Below, piece after piece: positions 34,290-43,805 of a DNA stretch of 56,560 nucleotides (the stretch's first letter is position 1; every line of letters starts with the position of its first letter). This stretch comes from a virus. Lineage: Duplodnaviria; Caudoviricetes. The translations under genes and the position numbers were made by a program. Location: the IMG/VR virus record IMGVR_UViG_3300035126_000207, positions 1 through 56,560 of that record. One strand, 5' to 3'. The notes below the pieces were generated by a model that was not told where the DNA came from, made no database searches, and saw only the letters and a list, made by a program, of their open reading frames with translations.

Positions 34290-37200
34290 TCGACAAAGAC
34301 AGCTTGCCGCTCGACAAGCCGCGCCGCACGCCCGACCACCCGACCAAGTCGCACGTGGTCAAGACGCGCGTTGACGGCAAGGAAAAGATCATCCGCTTTG
34401 GTGAGCAGGGTGCCAGCACGGCAGGCAAGCCCAAGGAGGGCGAGTCGGATCGCATGAAGCAGAAGCGCGCATCGTTCAAGGCTCGCCACGCAAAGAACAT
34501 CGCCAAGGGCAAGTCGAGCCCGGCTTACTGGGCGAACAAGGTCAAGTGGAAGACTGGGGGCGCTGTGGGGCTTGAGGAACTTGACGAGAAGTACGAGGGC
34601 ATCAAGAAGCCCGACTTCTCGCTGCTGGAATCGTTTCAAGATTTGATCCGTACTTTGCAAAGCAAGGCCGCAGATGCGGGAACGCAGGAGTTCGACCCCG
34701 TGCGCGCTCTGGGCCGCAGCGGTGCAGCCGGAAGCTTAGAGGATCTTTACGAGGCCTACGCGGATGAGCCGAGGCCGCATGCTGCCCGCGTCGAGGCGGG
34801 AGGCAATGCCAATCCCGATCGAGCCAAGACGGCCAAGATGGTGTTTGATTCCTTCAAGGCTGCCGGGTTCTCGGATGCTCAGGCCAAGGCGCTGACGGCT
34901 GAGATCAACCGCGAGGGCAGCTTCAATCCGGCGTATCTGTACGGCTCGCACACCGACGCCGCCAACAAGGCGACCAATGTCGGCATGCTGAGCTGGCAGG
35001 GCGACCGGGCTGACCGCCTGATGTCGTTCATGGCTGATCGCGGGCTGATCGATCCGGCCGGCCGCATCGTTCCCGGTCAGGAGGCTCTCAACGCGCAGGC
35101 AATGTATCTGCGCGATGAGATGGAGAACGACCCCATCTATTCCAGAACCCGCGAGACGTTCTTGGGCAACCCCAACATCGACCCCGACGCGGCCCACGAC
35201 ATCTTGGGCAAGAACTTCATCCGCTGGCGCATTGATGACCCGAAGTATCGGGGCAGCGGCTTTGACCGCATCAGCGAGGGCTACGACATCCTCAACATGG
35301 CTCAGGGCTTCGCCGAGGGCGGCCTTGCCGAGCTTGACCACAAGTACAAGCGGGGCGGGAAGAAGAAGGAAGCATATGATAGCGCCCGCGCGGCGGCCAA
35401 GGAAGACAAGGGTCTGCCGTACAGCGAGCTGCTGATCGACAACCTCATCGGCTTGGACAACAAATACATGTCGGCCGGGGAGCGACTTGGGCAGGCGTTC
35501 AATGAGGATCCGCTTGGGTTTTTGAAAAGTGCTGGCAGCGCGGCCTATGAGGGTGCGAAGAGCGCTGTCACATCGCCCATTGAGACTATCCAAGGGGTTG
35601 GCGACTCAATCTATGGCAGCGGCGAATCCCTTCTGCGCGGTCTAGATGGCAAGACCCAAGAGCTGTTTGGGGTCGGCTATGACGATGCCACGCCCGATCA
35701 AATCACGCTGGCGCGGGAAGCGCTTGCTGGGGACGTGCTGAACGTGTCTCAGCTCATCCCCGGCGCGGTGGTGGCGAGAAAAGGGGTTGGTGCGGTTGGC
35801 GATACAATGCGCGCCGTTGGCCGTGATGTCGTGGATCGCCTCAACCAGCCCGGCCCGATGCCGACGACATATGCGAACCCGATCCCCGGCAAAGGCCCGT
35901 CAAAGATCCCGGATCTGCGCACGTTGCCGGTCGAGGAGGCTGTGCGCATTGCAAAGCGTGAGCCGCACCTCATTGAGAGCGGAAACCGCTCTGAAGGGCT
36001 TTACGTTGGTGGACCTCGCACCATTCAGTCAAAGCGCGACCTGAACAGAATGCGCCGTGAGCTTGATGCTTACATTGCAGCCGACCCGCGCGGTGGCGAT
36101 TGGTATGACCGATATCGCGCCGGTGTAAACGAAGTCACGGGTGGCGATCCTGTGGACAATTACTGGATGACGAACCTTGAGGGCCAATATTCGGCTGGGG
36201 TTTCGCCTGAAGGCGAACTTGGCTTTGCACTCAAAGACACCAACAGCATGATTGCCACCGGCGATCCCGGTAAACCAGCGCGCCCCGCGCAGGCGGAAGC
36301 TTCGCGCAGAGCTGCAGCGACCGGAAGCCCGGATAATTTTCAGCTTGGCCCCAAAACTGGGGAATATGCAAAGCGCGTGGACCCCAGCCGTCAAGGTCTT
36401 GAGACTGCAACAGGCGTTAACGACTTCCGACACTTGCGGAATTTGGGATACACTGAGGTGGGCGGCGAAGCGCAGCGCAACGCGGTTGGCGCAGCGGGTC
36501 ATCGATTTGCTGACTATGAGACTGCACTCGCAGTCGGTCGAGCCAACAAGGCTGGGCTGGCTGGCCGTTCGGACTGGACTGGTGAGCAGCTACAGGCAGC
36601 GCCGTGGGTTCGCCAGAAAGCTCTGGATCTGCTTGAGAGAGGCCAAGCCCCGTATGAGGCCAAGGCCACTTCCACGCTTCGGTCTCTTGGTCAGGATGCT
36701 ACGCCAGAGCGTGTTGGCGAAATGGCGTATGAACTGGCGTTCCAAGACGCCAACAAGACCATTGCAGACTTCTTCCCGAAGCACACCGCTTTTGCCACGC
36801 ACGAGGCGCAGCCCTATCGCTATGGCGATCACCTCTCGGGCCTGGCCGACGCGCCCTCGGACGTGAAGTCTGCATTTGCTGCAGATCCACGCTCAACATG
36901 GGCCATCGCCCCCGGTGGCCGTGATGCGATCTACTCGGGCCTGCGCTTTGGGGATACGGGATACGCAATGCGCGTTCGGCCGACGGTCGGCATGCAGGGT
37001 GTTTATGAAGCCCCCGGAGGGATGCTGGAATACAACATGGGTGAGGTTGCTCGCCCGCTTGTTTCCTTCGACAGCGGCAAGGTTAAGACCGTTTCAGCTC
37101 CAGACCGCGCGCTGCTTGACATGAGTGAGGCGCTGCGCGGGTATGTGGACTATCAAGGCGCAACACCTTGGCATAAAGCTTGGGTCGGTGGTCAGCCCGG

Positions 37201-37792
37201 CATGTCAAACTCTGTCGTCGCAACACGCTCAGCATCATCTCCTGCCACACCAGAAGACATAATCAAGTTGCGGGAGCTTGGCGCTAAGTACGGCCTGCCT
37301 GATGTGATCGACACTGGCGACGGGGTCACCTTCACTAACTTTGCAGACGACAGCTTCAATCTTGACAGCAAAGCCTATAAGGCTCTGAACCGTGAGATTG
37401 ACAAGCTTGGCGGCTTCAAGAGCACTGACCGCGCAAAGATTGACAGCGGATATCCGGGATACGAGGGGACGTGGGAGGCTGGCATGGGATCTGGCGCTGC
37501 CACGCGTCAGCTCTTTACATACTTGGACGCTGCACCATCTCAGGCTCTAAAGGCACTTGATGCTAATCCGTTAATCGCCAAGGCGGCTCTCAACCGCCTT
37601 GAGCGTGACGCAGATTACGCCCAGCAATGGGGCGCTGCGCGTGAAGATGTGCAGAATGCCCGCCGGATTATTGGTGACGGCCCCGGATGGGTTAACCGTC
37701 TGCGGAAGGCTCTATCTTCTGGGGCTGTTTTGCCCGGTGTCGCTGCGGCTTTGATTGTCCCGCAGATGCAGGACGAGGAGAGCGCGCAATGA
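34286..37792 (+). CDS. Large multidomain virion protein: basic N-domain + phage-tail-lysozyme-like domain + C-terminal putative enzymatic domain
   Basis: IRFG..RASFKARH..AYWA; AGFSDAQAKALTAEINREGSFNP..GMLSWQGDR..QAMYL; C-terminal WY..SP..GPK..NDFRH..QLQAAPW. Confidence 0.7.
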   Translation: MIDKDSLPLDKPRRTPDHPTKSHVVKTRVDGKEKIIRFGEQGASTAGKPKEGESDRMKQKRASFKARHAKNIAKGKSSPAYWANKVKWKTGGAVGLEELDEKYEGIKKPDFSLLESFQDLIRTLQSKAADAGTQEFDPVRALGRSGAAGSLEDLYEAYADEPRPHAARVEAGGNANPDRAKTAKMVFDSFKAAGFSDAQAKALTAEINREGSFNPAYLYGSHTDAANKATNVGMLSWQGDRADRLMSFMADRGLIDPAGRIVPGQEALNAQAMYLRDEMENDPIYSRTRETFLGNPNIDPDAAHDILGKNFIRWRIDDPKYRGSGFDRISEGYDILNMAQGFAEGGLAELDHKYKRGGKKKEAYDSARAAAKEDKGLPYSELLIDNLIGLDNKYMSAGERLGQAFNEDPLGFLKSAGSAAYEGAKSAVTSPIETIQGVGDSIYGSGESLLRGLDGKTQELFGVGYDDATPDQITLAREALAGDVLNVSQLIPGAVVARKGVGAVGDTMRAVGRDVVDRLNQPGPMPTTYANPIPGKGPSKIPDLRTLPVEEAVRIAKREPHLIESGNRSEGLYVGGPRTIQSKRDLNRMRRELDAYIAADPRGGDWYDRYRAGVNEVTGGDPVDNYWMTNLEGQYSAGVSPEGELGFALKDTNSMIATGDPGKPARPAQAEASRRAAATGSPDNFQLGPKTGEYAKRVDPSRQGLETATGVNDFRHLRNLGYTEVGGEAQRNAVGAAGHRFADYETALAVGRANKAGLAGRSDWTGEQLQAAPWVRQKALDLLERGQAPYEAKATSTLRSLGQDATPERVGEMAYELAFQDANKTIADFFPKHTAFATHEAQPYRYGDHLSGLADAPSDVKSAFAADPRSTWAIAPGGRDAIYSGLRFGDTGYAMRVRPTVGMQGVYEAPGGMLEYNMGEVARPLVSFDSGKVKTVSAPDRALLDMSEALRGYVDYQGATPWHKAWVGGQPGMSNSVVATRSASSPATPEDIIKLRELGAKYGLPDVIDTGDGVTFTNFADDSFNLDSKAYKALNREIDKLGGFKSTDRAKIDSGYPGYEGTWEAGMGSGAATRQLFTYLDAAPSQALKALDANPLIAKAALNRLERDADYAQQWGAAREDVQNARRIIGDGPGWVNRLRKALSSGAVLPGVAAALIVPQMQDEESAQ

Positions 37793-37892
37793 CCATCGGT
37801 CCGTCAAGTGCCGCATATACGGCGGCCTCATCCCAACGATCAAGCTTTCCTGATCGCATGATGAGACCGTTTTCCAGTATTTCTGTCGCCAT
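37692..37892 (-). CDS. Small antisense ORF overlapping the 3' end of the multidomain gene
   Basis: GGAGG 5 nt upstream of ATG 37892; MATEILENGLIMRSGKLDRWDEAAVYAALDG... Confidence 0.5.
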   Translation of the reverse strand: MATEILENGLIMRSGKLDRWDEAAVYAALDGPMVIARSPRPASAGQSKPQRHRAKQPQKIEPSADG

Positions 37893-37942
37893 GTCTGCCT
37901 CCAAAATCGACATATCGTCAACTTATTTGAACAGGTTGTAAA

Positions 37943-38059
37943 ATGCCAATGGAAAATGGATCTTTCAAAAATGAGTTTGCGGCTGGCGGCGCTGTCAAAT
38001 ACGATCCCTCTGCCGTAGACCGGATCATCAACCAACTTCGCGAGGTCAACCGTGGCTGA
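37943..38059 (+). CDS. 38-aa ORF carrying the FAAGGAV motif (possibly a detached C-terminus)
   Basis: MPMENGSFKNEFAAGGAVKYDPSAVDRIINQLREVNRG; overlaps the portal start. Confidence 0.45.
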   Translation: MPMENGSFKNEFAAGGAVKYDPSAVDRIINQLREVNRG

Positions 38060-40547
38060 TATGGACGAGAACGAGGACCGGCTCGAAGGCGAGATGGTTG
38101 AGCTGATGGATGAGACCTCCGAGGTCGAGGACACCGAGGACGGTGGCGCCATCATCCGCCTTGAGAACGAGGAAGACGAGCGCAAGAACCTTGAGCACTT
38201 CGCCAACATCGTCGACGAGGTTGACCCCGGCGAGCTCAAGGCGGCTGTGCATGATCTCCTTGAAAAGATCGACCGCGACAAGGAAGCCCGCGAAAAGCGC
38301 GACAAACTCTACGAAGAGGGACTGCGTCGTACGGGACTGGGCGATGACGCACCCGGCGGCGCGCAGTTCACGGGTGCGACTAAAGTCGTACACCCGATGC
38401 TGGTCGAAGCCTGCGTGGACTTCTCCGCGCGCTTTATGAAAGAAGTCTTCCCGCCTTCTGGCCCGGTGAAGAGCAAGATTTACGGCGAGTCTGACAAGGT
38501 CAAAGTTGAGAAAGCTCAGCGCAAGGCTGAGTTCATGAACTGGCAGACCACCGAGCAGATGACCGAGTTCCGGGGCGAGCTGGAGCAACTGAGCACGCAG
38601 CTCCCTCTCGGCGGCGGCCAGTACATGAAGTTCATGTGGAACCCGCAGCATCGCCGCCCGGCCAGCGAGTTCATTCCGATTGATGACGTCTACCTGCCGT
38701 TCGCCGCGACGAACTTCTACACCGCCGAGCGCAAGACGCACGTCCAGTACATCACGAAGATGGAGTACCAAAAGCGCGTCAAGTCTGGGATGTACCGCGA
38801 CGTTGATGTCGGCATGCCCGAAGACCCGGACTTCAGCAAGGCGAGCCAAGCCAACGACAAGATCGAGGGCCGCAAGGATTCCAGCTATAACGAGGACGGC
38901 CTGCGCACGATCTTTGAGGTCTACACGTACCTGTCCTTCGACGAAGAAGACCTGAGCCCGTACATCCTGAGCATCGACAAGTCGAGCGGCCAAGCCCTCT
39001 CGCTTTATCGCAACTGGGAGGCCGAGGACAGCTACCGCAAGGAGCTGGACTGGATCGTCGAGTTCCCGTTCGTGCCGTGGCGCGGGGCTTACCCCATCGG
39101 CCTGACGCACATGATCGGCGGCTTGAGCGGTGCCGCGACGGGCGCCCTGCGCGCCCTGCTCGACAGCGCCCACATCCAGAACATACCCACGCTGCTGAAG
39201 CTGAAGGGCGGCCCCAACGGCCAGACCATCAACCTGCAGCCGACCGAGGTTGTCGAGATGGAGGGCGGCGCGCTGATCGACGACGTGCGCAAGCTTGCCA
39301 TGCCGATGCCGTTCAACCCGCCGAGCCCGGTGCTGTTCCAGCTTCTGGGCTTCTTGGTGGATGCGGGCAAGGGCGTGGTGCAGACCTCGTTTGAGAAGCT
39401 GTCTGACCAGAACCCCAACCAGCCCGTCGGCACCACCATGGCGCTGATTGAGCAGGGCATGGTGGTGTTCAGCAGCATCCACTCGCGCCTGCACAGCGCC
39501 ATGGCACGCTGCTTCAAAATCCTGCACCGCATCAACTCGGCATACCTGACCGAAGAAGACATCGCAGCGCAGGAATCGGGCCTTGAGATCGACCCGTCAG
39601 ACTTCGACGGCCCGTCGGATGTCGTGCCGGTCAGCGATCCCGCGATCTTCAGCGAGACGCAGCGCTTCGCCCAGATTCAGGCCATCATGCAGCGGGCGGC
39701 CATGATGCCGCAGCTCTACGACCAGCGTAAGGTCGAGGAGATGTTCCTGCGCACCCTGAAGGTGCCGGGAGAGGAAGTCCTGCAGCCGCTGTTGACCGAG
39801 CAGGACATGGACCCGGTCAGCGAGAACGTGGCGGCTGCGATGGGCAGGCCGCTCTATGTGCTGCCGCGTCAGGATCACTTGGCGCACATTATGACGCACA
39901 TGGCGTTCCTGAAGTCGCCGCTGCTTGGCGGCAACCCACCGATCATGCAGGCCTCGCTCTACGCAATGGCGCAGCACCTGAAGGATCACCTGCTGAACTA
40001 CTACCTCGTCGAGTCGCACAATGCCGTGGATAAGGCAGAGCGTGAGGGTCTGATTGAGTCTGACGCCGAGCAGCAGGTCAAGCTGATCCTTCAGGTCCAG
40101 CAACTGATTGAGCAGCAGCTTGGTGGGTTCGGTCAGGAACTTGCGACCATCACGCAGGCTGCCGAGCAGTTCAAGCCGCAGCCGCCGATGCCGCCGGACA
40201 ACAGCATGCAGATCGCGCAGATGAACATGCAGATGAAGGGTCAGGAGATGCAGCAGCGCGCTGCGATTGACCAAGGCCGCATGCAGATTGAGTCGCAGAA
40301 AATGCAAATGGATCAGCAGCTTGAGGCTCAGAAGCTCGCCGCGCAGCAGCAGGCTCGCGCTGAGCAGATGCAGCTTGATATGTTCAGGCAGCAGCAGGAA
40401 AGCATGCGCACCGCAGAGGAGATCGCGTCTCGTGAGCGCATGAACACGGCTGACAACGACACTGCGAAACTGCTTGCCGCAGCCGAGATGGCGACGGGTG
40501 AGAAGGTCGCGGTGAGCACAGGCACAGGATTGAATCCAAATCCATGA
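38052..40547 (+). CDS. Portal protein with long Gln-rich barrel (P22-like)
   Basis: 831 aa; VVHPMLVEA, LRALLDSA, PVGTTMALIEQG..VFSSIHSRLH, VPVSDP; Gln-rich C-terminal helix; located between terL and the capsid genes. Confidence 0.85.
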   Translation: MADMDENEDRLEGEMVELMDETSEVEDTEDGGAIIRLENEEDERKNLEHFANIVDEVDPGELKAAVHDLLEKIDRDKEAREKRDKLYEEGLRRTGLGDDAPGGAQFTGATKVVHPMLVEACVDFSARFMKEVFPPSGPVKSKIYGESDKVKVEKAQRKAEFMNWQTTEQMTEFRGELEQLSTQLPLGGGQYMKFMWNPQHRRPASEFIPIDDVYLPFAATNFYTAERKTHVQYITKMEYQKRVKSGMYRDVDVGMPEDPDFSKASQANDKIEGRKDSSYNEDGLRTIFEVYTYLSFDEEDLSPYILSIDKSSGQALSLYRNWEAEDSYRKELDWIVEFPFVPWRGAYPIGLTHMIGGLSGAATGALRALLDSAHIQNIPTLLKLKGGPNGQTINLQPTEVVEMEGGALIDDVRKLAMPMPFNPPSPVLFQLLGFLVDAGKGVVQTSFEKLSDQNPNQPVGTTMALIEQGMVVFSSIHSRLHSAMARCFKILHRINSAYLTEEDIAAQESGLEIDPSDFDGPSDVVPVSDPAIFSETQRFAQIQAIMQRAAMMPQLYDQRKVEEMFLRTLKVPGEEVLQPLLTEQDMDPVSENVAAAMGRPLYVLPRQDHLAHIMTHMAFLKSPLLGGNPPIMQASLYAMAQHLKDHLLNYYLVESHNAVDKAEREGLIESDAEQQVKLILQVQQLIEQQLGGFGQELATITQAAEQFKPQPPMPPDNSMQIAQMNMQMKGQEMQQRAAIDQGRMQIESQKMQMDQQLEAQKLAAQQQARAEQMQLDMFRQQQESMRTAEEIASRERMNTADNDTAKLLAAAEMATGEKVAVSTGTGLNPNP

Positions 40548-41206
40548 ATTATTCCAAACACTACGAGGCGCTTGTCGCTAAAGCTAAGGCGCGGAGTAAG
40601 CCGAAAGGGTACGTAGAGCGGCATCATGTCGTTCCGCGTAGCTTGGGTGGGTTGGATGATCATAATAACCTCGTATGGTTAACCGCGCGTGAGCATTTTA
40701 TCGCTCACGTTTTGTTGGCACACATTTATGGCGGCTCGCAGTGGTATGCCGTGATGATGTTTGCTGCCGGGGATCGACGCACGATTAATAGTCGCCTGTA
40801 CGATTTAGCAAAACGCAAGCATGCTATGTGGATGTCTGAACGCTTCAAGGGGCATTCTTTGTCAAATGAACACCGTTCAGCCATATCCATAGGTCTTTTA
40901 GGGAATCGCAACACTGCGGGTAAAGTTTTGTCTGATGGCCATAAGTCTGCTATAAGTTTGGGACTTAAAGGCAATAAAAACACTTTTGGCAAACTGGCCA
41001 GTCAAAGCACCAAGACCAAGATGTCCGCCGCTCACAGTGGGGAAAAACATCATTATTTCGGAAAACGTCGTGACCCTGACACTTGTGCTAAAATTAGCGC
41101 CAAATTGTCTGGAGTTAAACGAGCCCCAAGGAGCGAAGAGACAAAAGAGAGAATACGCGCTGGCGTGATGGCGGCCAACGCAGCTAGCATCAATCCCAAC
41201 CCCTGA
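40544..41206 (+). mobile_element. Free-standing HNH homing endonuclease with NUMOD3-like repeats
   Basis: YVERHHVVPRSLGG.D..NNLVWLTAREHFIAH; repeats such as LSNEHRSAIS and RSEETKERI; low GC; duplicated NPNP end. Confidence 0.88.
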
Positions 41207-41218
41207 TAGGAGAGCGCT

Positions 41219-41359
41219 ATGAGCGACGACCCGAACAAGTCCAAAGAAGTCCAGATGAACAGCGCCTTGGTTAAGCAAAAGCACCGCATGGCTGCAGGCG
41301 AGAAGGTTGACGGGCAGTCCCTGCCCCCCGCGCCCAAGGTTGAGAAAAACCAAGCGTGA
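41219..41359 (+). CDS. Small hypothetical protein (46 aa)
   Basis: AGGAG RBS; VKQKHRMAAGEKVDG. Confidence 0.65.
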   Translation: MSDDPNKSKEVQMNSALVKQKHRMAAGEKVDGQSLPPAPKVEKNQA

Positions 41360-41553
41360 GCATTGAAGCTAAACTGTTAAACCGGCTCAAGGCAGAACAG
41401 CAGCAGTTCGCTGTTGACGCCTTGAGTCGGCCACAAGCTCGCGATGCCTTTGAGTACGGGTATCGTGTCGGCGTCGTTGCCGGATATGAGGCAGCGATCA
41501 ACGTACTCTTAAAACTTCTTGATGAGGAGAAATATAGTGACAACGACCTCTGA
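41356..41553 (+). CDS. Small hypothetical head-operon protein
   Basis: DAFEYGYRVGVVAGYEAA; GTGA coupling. Confidence 0.7.
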   Translation: MSIEAKLLNRLKAEQQQFAVDALSRPQARDAFEYGYRVGVVAGYEAAINVLLKLLDEEKYSDNDL

Positions 41554-41962
41554 GAGCGCAATGGCGGAGGCTTTCCCGGACGTTGATCCGGGCGTACAGC
41601 CTTTCGGTAGCCGCGTTCTGGTTCAAATCCGGACCCCCAAGACGATGACATCGGGCGGCCTTATCCTTCACAGCGAATCCCGCGACACTGAGAAGTGGAA
41701 CACGCAGGTGGCGAAGGTCATCAGCACGGGCCCGCTGGCGTTCAAGAACCGCAACACCCAAGAGAGCTGGCCCGAGGGTCAGTGGTGCAAGCCGGGTGAC
41801 TTCGTTCGCGTACCCAAATACGGCGGCGATCGGTGGGAAGTCCCCTTGGGTCGGCGCGGAACGAATGGCGACATGGAGTCCGCTATGTTCGTGATTTTCA
41901 ACGACCTTGACATCATCGGGCAGGTTACCTCTGACCCGCTGGCGATCAAGGCATTCATCTGA
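41537..41962 (+). CDS. groES: GroES/Cpn10-like co-chaperonin
   Basis: QPFGSRVLVQ, TSGGLIL, AKVISTGP, CKPGDFV.VPKYGG, IFNDLDIIG. Confidence 0.88.
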   Translation: MTTTSESAMAEAFPDVDPGVQPFGSRVLVQIRTPKTMTSGGLILHSESRDTEKWNTQVAKVISTGPLAFKNRNTQESWPEGQWCKPGDFVRVPKYGGDRWEVPLGRRGTNGDMESAMFVIFNDLDIIGQVTSDPLAIKAFI

Positions 41963-41975
41963 AAGGAGATGAACG

Positions 41976-42224
41976 ATGACTAGAGGTGAATACCGCGTAG
42001 GGATCAATTTCAACCCGTCTGCTGACAACATGGTCGACAGGATTAAGCGCACTGCGGCGAATTTCATCGACCTGATCGACGAGATTCCGTCCCTCGGGGC
42101 CGAGACTGAGTGGCAGCTTGTCTTGGCGGGAGAAGTCGCCCGTCTCAAGGCGCTTGCCCAAACCCACATTGAGGATGCCGCCATGTGGGCCGTGAAGGCC
42201 GCAACCAAGCAGGAGCCGAAGTGA
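41976..42224 (+). CDS. Acb2/Tad1-like helical-hairpin protein (candidate cyclic-nucleotide sponge)
   Basis: FNPS...VDRIK..A..ID...RLKALAQTHIEDAAMWAVKAATK. Confidence 0.55.
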   Translation: MTRGEYRVGINFNPSADNMVDRIKRTAANFIDLIDEIPSLGAETEWQLVLAGEVARLKALAQTHIEDAAMWAVKAATKQEPK

Positions 42225-43180
42225 TGCCTGAAGCACTCCGCGAAGACGACGACAATGATGAAGACATCGTCATTGTCGAGGACGAGAGCCAACTCTCGCA
42301 GAACAATGAAGACGATGACGACGATCAGGATGACGAGCAGGTAGCTCGATCCGGCGACGATGACACCGAAGACGAGCGCGAGGCTATCCGCGAGCGCCGC
42401 CGTCAGGAAAAGCAGGAACGCAAGGTGCGCCGCGATGAGGCCATCAAGCGTGACAAGCTGGAGCTGGACTTCCTGCGCAAGCGCAATGACGACCTTGAGC
42501 GCCGCGTGTCGGCCCAAGAGCAGCGCACGCACAAGATGGACCTGAGCAGCTTTGACGCCGAGATTTCTCAGGCGTCCAAAGAGGCTGAGATGGCTGAGCG
42601 CGTCATCGCCAAGGCGGTGGCGGCGGGCAACGGCGAAGACGTCACGCAGGCCATGCGCTATCGCGATCAGGCTCTGGCCCGCATTCAGTTGCTGAACTCC
42701 CAGAAAAACCAGTTCGCGGCGCAGCGGCCCCAGCCGCAGCAGATCGACGACATCACGATGACCTATGCGAAAGAGTTCATCGCGGAAAACCCATGGTATG
42801 ATGCTCAGGGCCGCGACGAAGACTCAGCCATTGTCATCGCGATTGACCAGTCGCTCTCCAAGGACGGCTACGATCCGCGCTCAGCAGACTACTGGGACGA
42901 GCTGCGCCGCCGTGCGGCACGCCGTTTGCCCGAGCGGTTCGACGCCCAGAAGCCTGCCAAGAGAGCCGCAGAAGATCGCAACGAGCCGCGCCGCGAGCCT
43001 CGTGGTGGCCCTGCGGTGGGATCGGGCCGAGAGCACGCCCCCGCCAGCACTCGCAAGGAGATTTACGTCTCCCCTGAGCGCAAGCAGGCTCTCATTGAGG
43101 CCGGAGTGTGGGATGACCCCGTACTGCGCTCAAAATACGTCAAGCGCTACGCCGAGTACGATCGGCAGAACCGCTCTTGA
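42224..43180 (+). CDS. Putative scaffolding protein
   Basis: Acidic N-terminus, long coiled coil, ENPWY, basic C-terminal tail; upstream of the capsid genes. Confidence 0.65.
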   Translation: MPEALREDDDNDEDIVIVEDESQLSQNNEDDDDDQDDEQVARSGDDDTEDEREAIRERRRQEKQERKVRRDEAIKRDKLELDFLRKRNDDLERRVSAQEQRTHKMDLSSFDAEISQASKEAEMAERVIAKAVAAGNGEDVTQAMRYRDQALARIQLLNSQKNQFAAQRPQPQQIDDITMTYAKEFIAENPWYDAQGRDEDSAIVIAIDQSLSKDGYDPRSADYWDELRRRAARRLPERFDAQKPAKRAAEDRNEPRREPRGGPAVGSGREHAPASTRKEIYVSPERKQALIEAGVWDDPVLRSKYVKRYAEYDRQNRS

Positions 43181-43186
43181 CCGGGA

Positions 43187-43215
43187 TTGTGTTTTTAGCC
43201 ATCCCGACTTATAGT
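43187..43215 (+). promoter_or_regulatory. Putative promoter for the capsid operon
   Basis: TTGTGT - 17 - TATAGT. Confidence 0.45.
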
Positions 43216-43244
43216 TCACTCAATCGCTGGAAGGAGCGAGTAGC

Positions 43245-43775
43245 ATGACCGACGAACGACTAAAGAAATCCGCTGGAGAAGGCCGCGAAAACAGAGCGCT
43301 GCAGGACCGCGCTGTAACTGAAAATCGCGAGATTTCCGATGATGAGCGGGTTGAGATGTTCCGTCAGCAGTTTTTTCAGTCCTCTCTACCGGACTTGCCA
43401 AAAATCCCCGGCTGGCACATGTGCTGGCTGACGACCACCAACCCGCGTGACTCGATCCATATGCGTATGCGATTGGGTTATGAACCCGTGAAGCCGGAAG
43501 ACATTCCCGGCTGGGACTATGCCACGCTGAAGACAGGCGATTGGGCAGGGTTCATCGGTGTGAACGAGATGCTCGCGTTCAAGCTGCCGATTTCTCTCTA
43601 TGAGAAGTACATGCTTGAGGCGCACCATCACGCACCCCTGCGCGAAGAGGAGAAGCTCACCGACACGGCTGAGTTCTTGGAGCAGCAGGCACGCGCCTCA
43701 AAGTCGAAGCTGCAAGTTGGGGAAGGCAATATGGAGATGGGGCTCGACCGAGAGGCGATGTTCGACCTCTCATGA
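43245..43775 (+). CDS. Conserved head-morphogenesis protein
   Basis: IPGWHMCWL, RLGYEPVK, EMLAFKLP. Confidence 0.7.
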   Translation: MTDERLKKSAGEGRENRALQDRAVTENREISDDERVEMFRQQFFQSSLPDLPKIPGWHMCWLTTTNPRDSIHMRMRLGYEPVKPEDIPGWDYATLKTGDWAGFIGVNEMLAFKLPISLYEKYMLEAHHHAPLREEEKLTDTAEFLEQQARASKSKLQVGEGNMEMGLDREAMFDLS

Positions 43776-43805
43776 CGCAACCCTTTGACCAATCAGGAGC
43801 TCACT

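Noticed and set aside
38046-39527. Long minus-strand ORFs (also 10466-11620, 41498-42532, 54717-55895, 1237-2124)
   Set aside because: Antisense shadows of high-GC coding genes, with no RBS or recognisable motifs.
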